A stretch of 63,855 bases of DNA from Thecamonas trahens ATCC 50062 (lineage: Eukaryota; Protista; Apusomonadida), in assembly GCF_000142905.1 (NCBI RefSeq), contig NW_013657641.1, positions 6,907 to 70,761 on the forward strand. The letters run 5' to 3'. Position numbers and translations under genes: made by a program. Below, in pieces: positions 33,101 to 44,594 of this stretch (positions are counted from its first letter, which is position 1; every line of letters begins with the position of its first letter). The notes below the pieces were generated by a model. It was given only the letters and a program-made list of their open reading frames with translations. It was not told where the DNA came from and did no database searches.

Positions 33101-33838
33101 CAGACCCTTGCCAGCCACATCGGCAACGACAATGTCCGAGAAGCCCCCATTCGGCCGGATGGCGATGTAGTGTGCCCTTGAGAAGAACGAGCCCTCACCG
33201 TCAACATTGGCCACCCAGAACAACATCGCCGGCATGCTCCAGGTGGCGACGATGATGTCGCTGTCGCCGTCGGCGTCCACATCAGCAATGGCCACGGCTT
33301 CGGGCGACCGGCCGATCTGACTCACTACAATGGGCGGATCAAAAAGGCCCCGAGGATCAACGTTGCGGTACCAAACAACCGAGTTTGGACCATGGAGAGG
33401 GTCCGGACCATCAATGAGGCCGGCGACAATGTCTGTATCGGCATCACCATCCACATCTGCGAGTGTGAAGAAATAGACATTGGGCGCAGCCGAGGTCGCC
33501 ACTCTTGGCGGCTCCCAACCACCTCCAGGAGCTGCAATGCCCTTGTACCACACAATGAGCCCATACAACTCATCAGCCACCACCACATCATCCGTCGCAT
33601 CGTCATCAATTCGTCCCACATCAATCGTCCGCAGCCGAGAATACTCGCCGTCAATTCTTTGCGCCTGCGCAGAAAGTTCGGCCACGCACGCCGGCCGCCC
33701 GTCTGCCACCACCACCACCGACACCGCCTCTCCCTCTCCCTCCACCAACCCGGCCAAGCCGACCAACACCATCCAGCCAACGCCCACCAGCAGAGCGAGG
33801 GAAGCAAGCGTGTGCTGCCGAGAGGGTGACAAACGCAT
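27174..33838 (-). CDS. Giant FG-GAP/VCBS-repeat membrane protein with Pmp-like beta-helix, Cys-rich repeats and multi-TM C-terminus; -1 frameshift at ~30218
   Basis: Signal peptide from MRLSPS at 33838. About 21 DxDGDGxxD-type motifs; FxxN/GGA motifs (FQKNRAERGAGGGVF, EDNSAQFGGGL); CxxCPxG repeats; TM region paralogous to 14828-19366. Confidence 0.85.
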
Positions 33839-34179
33839 GTAGGCTGCACGTGGAGTGATCTTGTACCGAGTCCGTCCGGCCGAGGCGAGAGAAGTGGTGC
33901 CTGGCTGAGCGGGAAAACTCCTGTTTGGGAAAGGGGGGGGGGGGGGGGGGGGGGGGCTAGGGCATGGTCGCATGATCACGGCCACGGTAACGGGCACGGA
34001 CACGGGCGCGGACACAGCCCCGGCCACGGACACGGATACAGGTACAGGTACAGCCACGACCACGGGCTCTCGTGTCCTCCATTTACAGCGCCTGGCCATC
34101 ACTTTCGACCGCATCGTGGTCATAACATGCGTTCATCAGCACCATCGGCACTAGGACGGGGGGGGGGGGGGGTAGGGTC

Positions 34180-37100
34180 TCACTCCGCGACGCCGACAAA
34201 CTCGGACTCGTCCATACCCTCGAGGAGCGCGACTAGAGTGGCGGCGCCGACACGATCGTGCGGGTTCTGCAGCCAGCACGACTGGAGGACCCGAACGAGT
34301 CGCTGCGAGGAAAAGATGGAGAGATCGGGAGGGGTGTCGGACCGGATGGCGTGTGCCACTTCCAAGGCCGACGATCCCCAGAAGGCCTGTCTCCGGGTGA
34401 CCAGCTCGTAGAGGATCGAGCCATAGGCAAAAATGTCCGACTCGGCAATCACAGGTACACCACGCAGGTCCTCGGGCGACATGTACGCCACCATCGGCGA
34501 CATGGTCATGGTGGAGATGCCGGTCTTGAGCGAGGTCGAGTTGAGATCGGCAAGCGAGACGTGGCTTCCATCTTCGGCGTCGAGCATGACGTTGGTCGGT
34601 TTGACCGCCCCATGCACCCCACCCACGGCGTGGAGCGCGGCGAGCGCCTTGGCGAGCGAAATCGCAATGCTGCGAGTAAGCCGCGGATTGTTGTCATCGC
34701 TTATGATGACGTCAAGGACCGAGCCACGGACCTTGAGCGGATATACGACGCCGATGTACGGCCGGTGGATGCACATGGCGATGGGCCCCACAATGACGCC
34801 AGGATCGACTGTCTTGGCCACCTTGTACGTTTGCGCAATCCCGCACGCAAACCTGACCCGCGACACGACCGGCACATCCTGCTCGAGGATGAGCTTGATA
34901 AACACCTTGTCGTTTCCCCACGTAGAGATGATGGCCTTGCAAAACGAAGCCACGCCACCGACCACTCCACGCTGCACCGCCCCACGCATATCTGAGAGCG
35001 AGACAAAGAACTTGCCGCCAAGCTCGTGATAGGCGAGAAGACCGGCCCGTCGCACTGGGAGCCCGCTTTCTAATTGCCGGGGTCTCCGCTTTCGTGACAG
35101 CTGTAGCACCGTTGAGCCGCTTCGGGTCATCGACGGCGGGGTAGCCAACACCTTGCCGCCATCAACGACGCCGTCGTCTGAATCGCTGCTTGGCGAGGTC
35201 TCGACCGTCTCGGCTTGTGTGTTCGACACTTGGGCCATCGACGAGCTTGGCCCATCCTCAACAGCGCTCCGGATGCTCTCGCCGGCCGGCACCTCAGACT
35301 CGCGAAGCAGCTGACCGACGCCGGCAAAGACGTTGGGAGCAACTGCAACGAAAGGCTGCTTGCTCTTGGTCTCGGCGTGTATGTAACCGGTCAAGTCGGG
35401 CACGAGTGAGCTGTGGATGTAGATGCCCGGCGGCGCGTCGTCACTGATCATGTAAACCATCTCCTCGAGCGCTAGCGGGCCTGCACCGCCGAAAACCCGC
35501 AGCGAGCCCTCGTCCGAACCCGTGAACACCGCACCCTGGGTCTCGATCATACCGATGGTGGCAAAGGCGGTGATCTCGTCGCGACCGGCCATGGCGCCCA
35601 GGACCGAGTCGAGAAACATGACCAGCTGCGCTGGAACCTGACAGGCCACAAAGACCTCGTTGAGTGTTGACGAGGCCAGCAGCGTCGAGCTCAGCTTGGT
35701 TGCCATCGATACAGCCGAGTGGAAGGTGGTGAGGACTGACTGGGCACGTTTCGGTTCAGACAGGACAGTGTCTTCGTCGATGGACGACCTCAACCGCACC
35801 AGGACCATCCGCCCATTGGGCGCCTCGACGGTGGTCGGCATTACGATCCGCCGCGCTTCATAAGCACGCGAGAGCGCAGTGACCAGCTCACTAAACGACG
35901 GTCGCACCGTAACGTCGCCATCCCAGCACTTGACAATGTGAGGGACGAGCGACTTGGCCCACTCGGGCACAATCTCCAGTGAGGGCCGCAGGACGCCAAC
36001 CGAGACCTCGATCGCTACCGTCACTGGGTTGCGGCCAAAGTACGGCTCGGTCCGGGTCACCATCTCCCACACAGTCACGCCGAACGAGTACACGTCCGAC
36101 GCCTCGGACGTTGCGCTCGGCCCCTCGTTGAGAACCTCGGGTGCGGTCCAGAGGAGCGAGCCCAGGTTACCAGCCTCCTGCACCATCATCAGCGGCATCT
36201 GCAGGCCCGACTCCAGCGAGGCACCGGTTGACATACTGGTGCCAGGTCCGCTTGGATTGTTAGGGTCTCCAGTGGCAAGCAACGATAACAGCGGGCCCGA
36301 GCCGGTCGAGCTTGCGGCCACGGACGAACCACCTGAGCTCGTCCGCGTTCCGCGGAGCTTGCGCAACTGCTTGGCCCGCCGCCGTTGAACTCGCTTCGAC
36401 ACCTTGGCGCGCTGCTCGGTTGACTCGGACTTGACCGACGAGAGACCAAAGTCGGCGATCTTGGGCACCCATCCGGCGTCAAGGAGAACGTTGAGCGACT
36501 TGAGATCGCGGTGGACAATGCCGGCGTGGTGGAGAAAGTCCATGCCGAGTGCGATGCAGTGAGCCCACCACGTGACAAGGTTGACCTCGAGGTTGTAGTC
36601 ATAGTTGTGGAGGACCGAGAACATGGATCCGTTGGGGACAAACTCTGTGACAAGGCCTGCCGGGTCGACCACAATGCCCATAAACAGTACAATGTGCGGA
36701 TGTCGCAGTGCCATCAGCATTTGCGCCTCGGCCACAAAGTCGGCCAGCCGGTCCATGTCGTCCTTGCCCATCCCATGCATGTGCTTGACCGCCATAGGCG
36801 AGCCACGCCACGTCGCCAGATACACCGTTCCAAACGAGCCCGTCCCCAGGACCTTGCTCACCTTGAGCTCGTTGAGCGGAATGACGAGCTGCTCATCTAC
36901 TTTGAGCTTGACGACCACGTCGCGCGCATGAATGCGGCACGCAGCAACACAACAAACAAGGCACGCACAGATCGTCAACGCCACCAGCGAGAGAATGACC
37001 GGGAGCAGCGAGGTCTGTGATGGGGGCGGAGTGCTTGCCGCACACTCGCCAAACACCACGCACCGGTCAATGAGCGGGACACCGTGGCAAGTGGCGGTTT

Positions 37101-39490
37101 GCAACTGCCTCACCGCAGCCTGTAACGTGACATTGACGACCGGCGTATAACTGGCAGCCTGCGCGAGATCGAACGCGTCGACCGAGGTCGCCAACCAGAA
37201 GTAGAGCTCTGCAGCAAGAGTGCGCTCGTTGCAGTGGGTGTCGTCAGCTTTGTCCTCTATGACAAAGTACGCAAAGCCGGCAAGTGGCCAGGCTCCGTGG
37301 GCCTCGAGGTCGGCCAGTGATCGCACAAACGGTTGCGCCGCCTCGTCTGGTACCTGGGCGACCGCAGCCAGCATGGTCTTCTTCATCGAGGTGCTCGAGG
37401 CGACGACAACAGATTCAGCAGCGTTGATCAGCTGCACGGTGACCAGGCCGCCGGCGTCAGCCACAGCCTGGGTGACAAAGCCAATTGCGCCGGGCGTTGC
37501 AGGCAGCCAGCGGGCCATGGCAGTCTCCGAGCTGGAGCGGTGCCAGCAGCCAGAGCCCCTGGCCTCGCCGGGCCAAAAGCCAGCCGGAACAAGATCGCTC
37601 GGCTCTGGTAGGACTGCCGCCCACTCGGACGAGAACGAAGCGAGCGCTTCGGTGAGGATTCGGGTCGAGCCCGAGGCCGTCGAGAGAAGCCCCACACAGA
37701 CGGTTGTGTTAGGGAGCCACGGCGCGAGCTCGGGGTTAAGTGCCGCGATCTCAGGCGCATCCCAAACTGAGACACGCCCCATGAAAATCCGGGCCACAAG
37801 CGCGCGCGAGAGGGTAAGCCGCGGCAGACTCGGCGGGGCGCCGGGCTTGAGCTCCACGTTGTAGGGGAGGACGACTGGGGTAGCTACCATGGGGAGAACA
37901 AGCGCGTTTGGATGGGCCACGCGCTCGGTCTGTGAGAGACCGCGGTCCGCCACGGCGTAGACGTAATCTTCGGATCGCAGAGTCTCAAGGAGCGAGCTGC
38001 TGAAGTCGCTGTAGCGAATGTGGGTCCGATGGAGGGCGTTGAACAGCGCGAGTGCCTCTTCCACAACAGGGATGGCGACAGAGGCACCCGATCCGGCCGC
38101 AAAGAGGGAGTGTCGGACAAGCTGGGCGCTGTTGCAGCGGAGCACATTCACCTGATCGAGCGCATACGTTCGTTGCGCCGCTGGCAGCGCAACGTGACCG
38201 AGCCGCCACTGGTAATCGGCGACAAAGAGCGAGGAGATGATGTGGATGAAACCAAGGACCGTACTGCGGAGGGTAGCACACACGGCGGCATCAACCTCGT
38301 TGAGTGCGCTCGGAAGCATGACCCACTCGACGTAGGTGAGCGGCCAGCCAAACTCGGCGGCGGTGAGCAGCGGGCTGAGCGCATCGAGCCGGAGCGCGGA
38401 GGTCGCAGCGAGAACCGAGCCGTGAGAGAGGGAGACTGCGGCACGATCACCAAGCCCCTTCAGCCGCGGCACCTGCACGACTGACGCCCAATGCGGGTCG
38501 TACGCCTCGGAGGTAAGTACCGTAAAAGCATACAGCGTGTCAAGGACGGCAACACCGCTTTCGACGGCCGATGTCAGCGATTGCTTGCGAGTGTGGGGAG
38601 GTGAGAGCGGATGTGGTGCTGAGTTCTCACGCATCCTCACCAGCACCTCATTGAGTACATGGTCGACGACTGGTGACTCGTACCGGATGAGGACGACCGT
38701 GGCGTTTGGCATGTTCCGACCCGGGTTGAGGGCGGCGATGTCCGGGTGCGACCACTCGGAGATCTCACCGCGCCAGAGACGGACAACCAGCTCGGGGGTC
38801 AGCACTATCTCGCTTGTGTCGGTGCTCGGCAGGTGCGCGAGCGGTACAAGATACGACGTAGTGACCGGAACAGCCTTGATTGTCTCTGAGCAAGCCTTAC
38901 CGGCGGCCACAGCCTCGGGCGGGCACAGATCGGTCAGCGCCGGTCCGGCCGTGTTGCCAATTTCTACCGCCAGACCCGCGCTGATCTGCTGACCGGCGTC
39001 CGTCGAGTGAGATGACGCTGTAACAAAGTCAGCAGTCGCCGTGTCATCGTCATCAACCTCGATGTCGAGTCTTGGGTCCAAGGCCATGAGCTTGCGGACG
39101 GCGAGACGATGGGTCGTGGGTGCCATAGCGACGGGCCAAATCGAGTCTGAGCTCTGGCGACGGCTGTTTGAGGAGGAATCTGAGCCAGTGTCGGCGACAG
39201 AGACTCGGATGGAGCGAGAGGCAAACGACACCAATCGCGACATGGACGACATACCGACGAGGACCGCGACATCATCACTACCGCTGCTCCTGCTTGGCTC
39301 CACAGAAGCGATGGCATCCGAGGCAGCGGGTGACGGGGTGGGGCAGTGGTCGACGGGCTGGCAGCGGCGGCAGCGGTCGCTGGCGTGGCTGTATCAGGAG
39401 CCATTGCGGCGATATCGGCAGACGACAAAGGTACAACAGCGGGCGGTGATGCAGCGGTGTCGGCAGGCGACGAAACGTCGGTGGCGGCGG

Positions 39491-39535
<45 letters not shown>

Positions 39536-39698
39536 GAGCAGCAGGAGCAGGAGCAGCAGCAGCGGCAGCGGGAGAAGGGAGCTGGTGACCACGGTCACCT
39601 GTTCGGCCACCTTCCCACCTCTGTCCACGGGGGGTTGTTGAGGTGGTTGTTTGGAGGACAATGCACACGAGTGTGAGAACAACAACCATTGTCCGCAT
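34180..39698 (-). CDS. Receptor-like dual kinase: signal peptide, Ala-rich stalk, two PstS/PBP-like domains, TM, TKL kinase, cyclase-like middle domain, pseudokinase; -1 frameshift at ~39341
   Basis: PstS-like IFMGRVSVWDAPEIAALNP, SGSTRILTEAL, PGAIGFV, AWPLAGFAY. TM LLPVILSLVALTICACLVCCVAAC. Kinase GTGSFGTVY, HRDLKSLN, IADFG, WTAPE. Second kinase has HGAVKPTN and DLN. Signal MRTMVVVLTLVCIVL lies in the upstream frame and joins at the C4 run. Confidence 0.85.
39492..39570. repeat. (GCA)n microsatellite encoding poly-Ala on the minus strand
   Basis: About 13 perfect gca units plus a degenerate flank. Confidence 0.9.
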
Positions 39699-39935
39699 CT
39701 TGTGCGCACCTCCACTACCTCCTTCTTCCCCCTGGCTCCGGGTAAGTAACAAGTGGGGGGGAGCCCGGTGTCGGTGGCGGGATCGGGCAGACGGTCATCT
39801 GTCCCGCACTCGGCTTCATTAGCATCAATCAGACGCATTGAAAGACGTTGCGGTAGAAACGGCCAAAAAAAAAAATGTTTGCCTGTGGCCTCCTATATCC
39901 CCACATTCTGGCGGATGGGCAGGAGCGCCTGCAGA

Positions 39936-41813
39936 TTAGGGAGCAAGGAACACGAGCTCGAGATCGTCGTGGCCGGCGAGCATGTCCAGGATATCATTGT
40001 TGTCGACAAAGCTGGTTTCAGATGGCGCACGACTCGGCGGGAAGCCGGAGGAGCAGGCAGCGCCAGTGGGCGCGGCGGACGTGGTGTCGACGGCAGCGGC
40101 TGTGCCAAACATGGCGGCGGTAGACGCATCTATTGTGCCGAGCGTGACCGAGGCATTCAGGGAACACGTCTCGATGGCGAGGCGTACAGCGGGGAGAGGC
40201 GAGAGCTCTGACGGTGAGACGGCGTAGAGTGGGTCAAGGGCAGCGTCGATGCGCTGGAGCGCCGAGAGCGAGTGGGCACAGACAGCGTTGATGGCTGTGA
40301 CGCTGAGGAGGTAGTTGGCGAGCGCGACGCCGCGCGAGAGCGGCGAGCTCTCCATAATCCTGAGTGCCACCTCGAGAAAGCGAAACGATGTGTCGCCGTT
40401 GGTGTACGCCAAGTGGTCGACGATGCACAGGTAGTACGCGGCCATGAGCGCGGTAAAGCCGCCATAGCACAGCGCCTGGGCATTGTGAGGTGAATGAGCT
40501 TGGACGTCGGCGAGCATCATCTTGCTCATGTTGATCATGAGCGGCATGAGCTCGACAAGCCGCCGATGCCGCGCGCCGGGTAGCATCAGATTCCGCGAGA
40601 ACTCGCCGACGTCGACGCTCTCGTCGACAGGCTCGGCACATGCGCCCGCGTCGGCGTACACCAGCGTACGTACCATCGTGTCGACAAAGGCATGCGAGAG
40701 CGGCGGGAGAAAGAGCGTCGCCTCGGCCGACGTCAGATACGCTTCGATGGCCTCGCCGGTCACACCGTACACCACCGTCCACCACGAGCGAGGCATTGGA
40801 CTCCATACTTGGGTTGCCATGTGCTGCGTGCAGCCGCACGCCAGCCGTACGGCTTGTTCGTCGCCCAGCGCTGTCATCTGCAGCAGGGCCTTGGCATTCG
40901 GTGCCTCGTCGAGCACCGCAAAGGCACGCATCAGCGCCATATAGTCTGAGCCCGACTGCGACGCCCGCTTGATCACCTTGCCCTTCCGCGCCGCCAGCTC
41001 GATGACAATGTCCCAAGCCCGCGACATGTGCTCGTTGAACCGCTTCGGGTCGACACCAAAGTACAGGCCGGTAATCATAAAGTTGGTCGATGCCAGATTA
41101 CGCGTGTACGGATCACGTGCGTACGTCACCGCCATGTGCGCAGACGACTTGGCCACCTGTGCCAGCTCCGGATTCGACGCCGCAAGCACATGTGCCGCCA
41201 TCGCGTCCAGCTGGATCTTGAGCACGGGCGAGTCGAGGAGAGCTGATGGCTGTCGGCTCTGCAAACACGCCAGCGCCTCGAGCGACTGGCTCAGCTGCGC
41301 GCAGCCGAGCAAAGGATTGACGAACCGAAAGTATGCCTTGACAATGTCTGCTTGGTCCGTTGTCAGCATCACATACTGTGCAGGGTGTCTCAATGACAAT
41401 GCCTGCTGTTTCTCGCCTTCTCTGCTCTCCAAAGCCCGTTGCCGCTTCATCGCCGGCCGCGGCGTTGTCACACCGGCCTTTGCCGCCGCTTCCTCTCCGC
41501 TAGCACTGCTGCTGTTGCTGCTGCTGGCTCCCTCGACCTCGTTCGATGGCCCAGGCACGCCCATACCCATCATTGCCGCCAAAGCAGCTGGCGATGGCGA
41601 CGCCAACGAGCACCGTCCGCTCTGTACCTGTTGCACCGCCGCCATCACCGCACGGGCATCCAGCGCCGCCTCTGTCTGCAATGACGTGAGCTCGTGCGAC
41701 GAGCTGCCAGTTCCAGTGGTAAAGCCCGACCTGTCTGTCTGGTCCCTATCAACCTCCGACCGAACAAGTGTGAGTGTGAGTGCAAGTGACGACCATGACA
41801 GCCACAGCAGCAC
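39936..41813 (-). CDS. Hypothetical protein, possibly Zn-cluster transcription-factor-like middle region; 5' exons unresolved (possible first exon ~42532-42340)
   Basis: 625-aa ORF. IVKAYFRFVNPLLG resembles the YFxxxHP motif of the fungal TF middle-homology region. The upstream short ORF has RRKRRRVPSAC, but no six-Cys cluster was found. Confidence 0.55.
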   Translation of the reverse strand: MLLWLSWSSLALTLTLVRSEVDRDQTDRSGFTTGTGSSSHELTSLQTEAALDARAVMAAVQQVQSGRCSLASPSPAALAAMMGMGVPGPSNEVEGASSSNSSSASGEEAAAKAGVTTPRPAMKRQRALESREGEKQQALSLRHPAQYVMLTTDQADIVKAYFRFVNPLLGCAQLSQSLEALACLQSRQPSALLDSPVLKIQLDAMAAHVLAASNPELAQVAKSSAHMAVTYARDPYTRNLASTNFMITGLYFGVDPKRFNEHMSRAWDIVIELAARKGKVIKRASQSGSDYMALMRAFAVLDEAPNAKALLQMTALGDEQAVRLACGCTQHMATQVWSPMPRSWWTVVYGVTGEAIEAYLTSAEATLFLPPLSHAFVDTMVRTLVYADAGACAEPVDESVDVGEFSRNLMLPGARHRRLVELMPLMINMSKMMLADVQAHSPHNAQALCYGGFTALMAAYYLCIVDHLAYTNGDTSFRFLEVALRIMESSPLSRGVALANYLLSVTAINAVCAHSLSALQRIDAALDPLYAVSPSELSPLPAVRLAIETCSLNASVTLGTIDASTAAMFGTAAAVDTTSAAPTGAACSSGFPPSRAPSETSFVDNNDILDMLAGHDDLELVFLAP

Positions 41814-41920
41814 ATGGGGAACATACGCTCCCCTTCATCGCCACGGCATCAGTGCAGGCTAGGGGAAGGGGTAGTAGAAAAGGGCGGTAGACATGGCGCA
41901 GCGCAGAGATTGTGGTGGAG

Positions 41921-41922
<2 letters not shown>

Positions 41923-41972
<50 letters not shown>
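41923..41972. repeat. (GA)25 microsatellite
   Basis: Perfect dinucleotide run. Confidence 0.95.
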
Positions 41973-41975
<3 letters not shown>

Positions 41976-42828
41976 CTTGGTGCCGGGTTGATGACGACAG
42001 AAGAACAATGCCCTTCCCCCTCCCCCTCCCTCCCCTCCCCTCCCACAAAAAAAAAAAAAAATGTTTGGTGGGCAGAGAGGACAGTGGGGAAGCCGGTAAG
42101 GGAGCAGTCACGTGGTGTGTGAAGGTGCGGGAAGAAGAGAGGCTACAGTCGATGTACAGCCATGCAAAACGGATAGCAATGCAGTGGATGGCAGTGGCAT
42201 GAGATTGGTAAAGAGGTTGGGTGGGTGGGTGGCATGGACATGGTGGGTATGGCTGTGTGGGGGTCATGGAAGGAGAGGGGGAGGGGGGGGGGGGCCTTGA
42301 CAGTATTGCCCAATGAGCAATGACTGACAACAACGTACGTTGGTGGTTGGCCAATTGGTGGCCATGACACGGCAGCACCAGTGGTCGGTGACATGAGCAA
42401 GTCGTCACATGGTTCTTCCATACATGCCGAAGGCACTCTCCGTCGCTTTCGTCTCACCTCTGGCTGGGCAAGGGCCACTGCCGCAGCAATAGCTGCAACA
42501 GATGGTTGGGCCTTGGCCACATCCTCGCTCATTCACACAATGCCCGAGTCGAGTGTGAGTGGGGAGGGAGGGAGAGGAGGGTGGTGTGAGCCTCAGCTCT
42601 GCGGGTGACCGCCGAAACTCAAACTCGGTTGGACAAAAAAAAATATTAGCACCCACCCCCCACCCGCCATCCACTCAGCCAACCCCCCCCCAACCTCCCA
42701 GCAACCAACCAACCGCCGCCCGACAACAGGACACGGCGCCGACAGAAAGGGGGCGGGAGGCTGCATAGCGGGGAGCACTCCACGCCAGCCCAGGGCAGAC
42801 GTCAACCAGGCTAGCGCTCGACCCGCAC

Positions 42829-44550
42829 ATGTCGTTCCCCAACCGGCCGATGCGGCGTGTGCACGCAGGCGGACAGCAGAGCGGGAGTGGTGGCGAGCGA
42901 GCGAGCGGAAGGACGAGCCGGAGCTACTACGCCCATGTCCATCGTGAGTATCGTGCAGAAGCAGCAGAGCTGTTTGATCACGCGCCCAAGTCGGCGGCTC
43001 GCTTGGCATACAGACATACCTTGGAGAACCTTGATCCCGATGGCTCGACTGCTGCTATGCCGTCATCGTCATGGATCGACTCGATTCGTTTGTCGGATGA
43101 GGACGAGGTCGATGACGCCGGTGATGACGTCCACCAGAGCTCACTGAGGGCCCTGGGTCTCTCCGGTCTCATCGGCGGTGGCACTGCTGTCGCTGCCTCG
43201 ACTCCCGCTCTTGACGCGGGCGATGGCCTGCATGCGGGCACCGCCAAGGAGGAGGCCAACAACAAGATGCGCCAGAGCAGGAGGGATCGCAAGAAGCAGA
43301 TCGTGGTCTCGGCCCATGCCCAGGGCTCGCGGACGCCGCATTATCTGGCGTCGTCGCGGAACGTACCGGCGCTGGTGACAGAGACGAGGAGGATTGCCTC
43401 AGAAGCCGCAAGGGTACGCGCCCAACTCCGCGCCTCGCGTGCGGCCGTCTCAGCTATGAACGCTTCGCGATCAAAGTCGCATTCGGCGGCGATGCGGGCT
43501 GCCCGGTCGACACATGCAAAGACTGTGGATTGCAAGTCTACCGAAGAGGCCAGTACTGAGGCGGACGTCGAGCCGCAGCCGCAGCCGCAGCCACAGTTGC
43601 CGGTTGTGACGCGGGTGCCTGCGCCGCCGGCGTCACCGCCGCCTCCGCCCGGGCCGGCACGTGGACGGCGGCGGGCGGTACCGGCCAAGACCGACGATTC
43701 GACAGGAGCGAGGCCGCAGTCGTCGGTACGTGCGGCGCGGGCGTCCAAGGCGGCGGCGAGCGTGCGTGAGCGGCAGCGCGAGCATACCCGGCAGCTGCGG
43801 CAGAAGCGTGTGGCACTGGAGACCAAGGAAGAGCAGATTGCGGCCCGACTGGCGGCACGTGCGGTGGCGGCGCGTGAGAAGGCTGCTGCGTCGATGGCGG
43901 AGCGGCGTGCGCGGCTGGAAGCGGCGCGGCAGGCGCGAGAGGATGAGCAGGCGGCCCGACGAGCACGGGCGCGGCGGAAAGAGGCCAATCGGCTGGTGGC
44001 GGTCAAGCGTAAGCAGCAGCGGATGGCAGCGCGGGCGCGGGCAGTGCAGTTGGAGACCCGTGCTACCTTTGGGCGAGTCCTGTCCAAGCGCGCACAGATC
44101 GAGGCCCGTGAACGCGAGCAGCGCGCCGCGCGGGCCGCCGCTGAGCGCGAGCGGACTGCCAAGGCCATCGAGACCGCTGTGCTCAACGAGCGTATTGCTG
44201 TGCTCAACAGACAAGTTGAGGCCGTTGTGACCGAGAAGCGGCGGCAGGCCAATCTGGCACGGCTAGAAGAAGAGAACGCTGCCAAGCAGGAGGCCATGCG
44301 CGCAGCACACGCCAAGGTCGACGCCCGCGTCGGCTCGATCCAGACAACCACTGTCCGAGTCCGCGCCAAGCTCGACGAGGAGCACCGGCGGCACGCTCAC
44401 GCCATGGCCGCCCTCACCGCGCGTATTTCGCTCACCACTTCACAGGCCGAGATCGATGCCCTTGAGGCCGAGCTCGAGGCTGAGACCCAGGCCTCGCAGC
44501 ACAACGTCATGTTCATCCTCACCCAGCCGCCACCGCGGACTCCGCCCTGA
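42829..44550 (+). CDS. Coiled-coil, Arg/Ala/Glu-rich hypothetical protein (573 aa)
   Basis: Long ORF with a charged helical C-terminal half. No family recognised. Confidence 0.7.
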   Translation: MSFPNRPMRRVHAGGQQSGSGGERASGRTSRSYYAHVHREYRAEAAELFDHAPKSAARLAYRHTLENLDPDGSTAAMPSSSWIDSIRLSDEDEVDDAGDDVHQSSLRALGLSGLIGGGTAVAASTPALDAGDGLHAGTAKEEANNKMRQSRRDRKKQIVVSAHAQGSRTPHYLASSRNVPALVTETRRIASEAARVRAQLRASRAAVSAMNASRSKSHSAAMRAARSTHAKTVDCKSTEEASTEADVEPQPQPQPQLPVVTRVPAPPASPPPPPGPARGRRRAVPAKTDDSTGARPQSSVRAARASKAAASVRERQREHTRQLRQKRVALETKEEQIAARLAARAVAAREKAAASMAERRARLEAARQAREDEQAARRARARRKEANRLVAVKRKQQRMAARARAVQLETRATFGRVLSKRAQIEAREREQRAARAAAERERTAKAIETAVLNERIAVLNRQVEAVVTEKRRQANLARLEEENAAKQEAMRAAHAKVDARVGSIQTTTVRVRAKLDEEHRRHAHAMAALTARISLTTSQAEIDALEAELEAETQASQHNVMFILTQPPPRTPP

Positions 44551-44594
44551 ACACCCGATTGTATTGCTGTCGGTAGTCAGCACGGATGTTATTT

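Noticed and set aside
33965-34123. Hexamer-periodic tract as an N-terminal extension of the FG-GAP protein
   Set aside because: Low-complexity sequence upstream of a poly-G run; the signal peptide argues for a start at 33838.
39041-39676. Poly-Q protein on the plus strand
   Set aside because: Antisense reading of the poly-Ala stalk of the receptor kinase.
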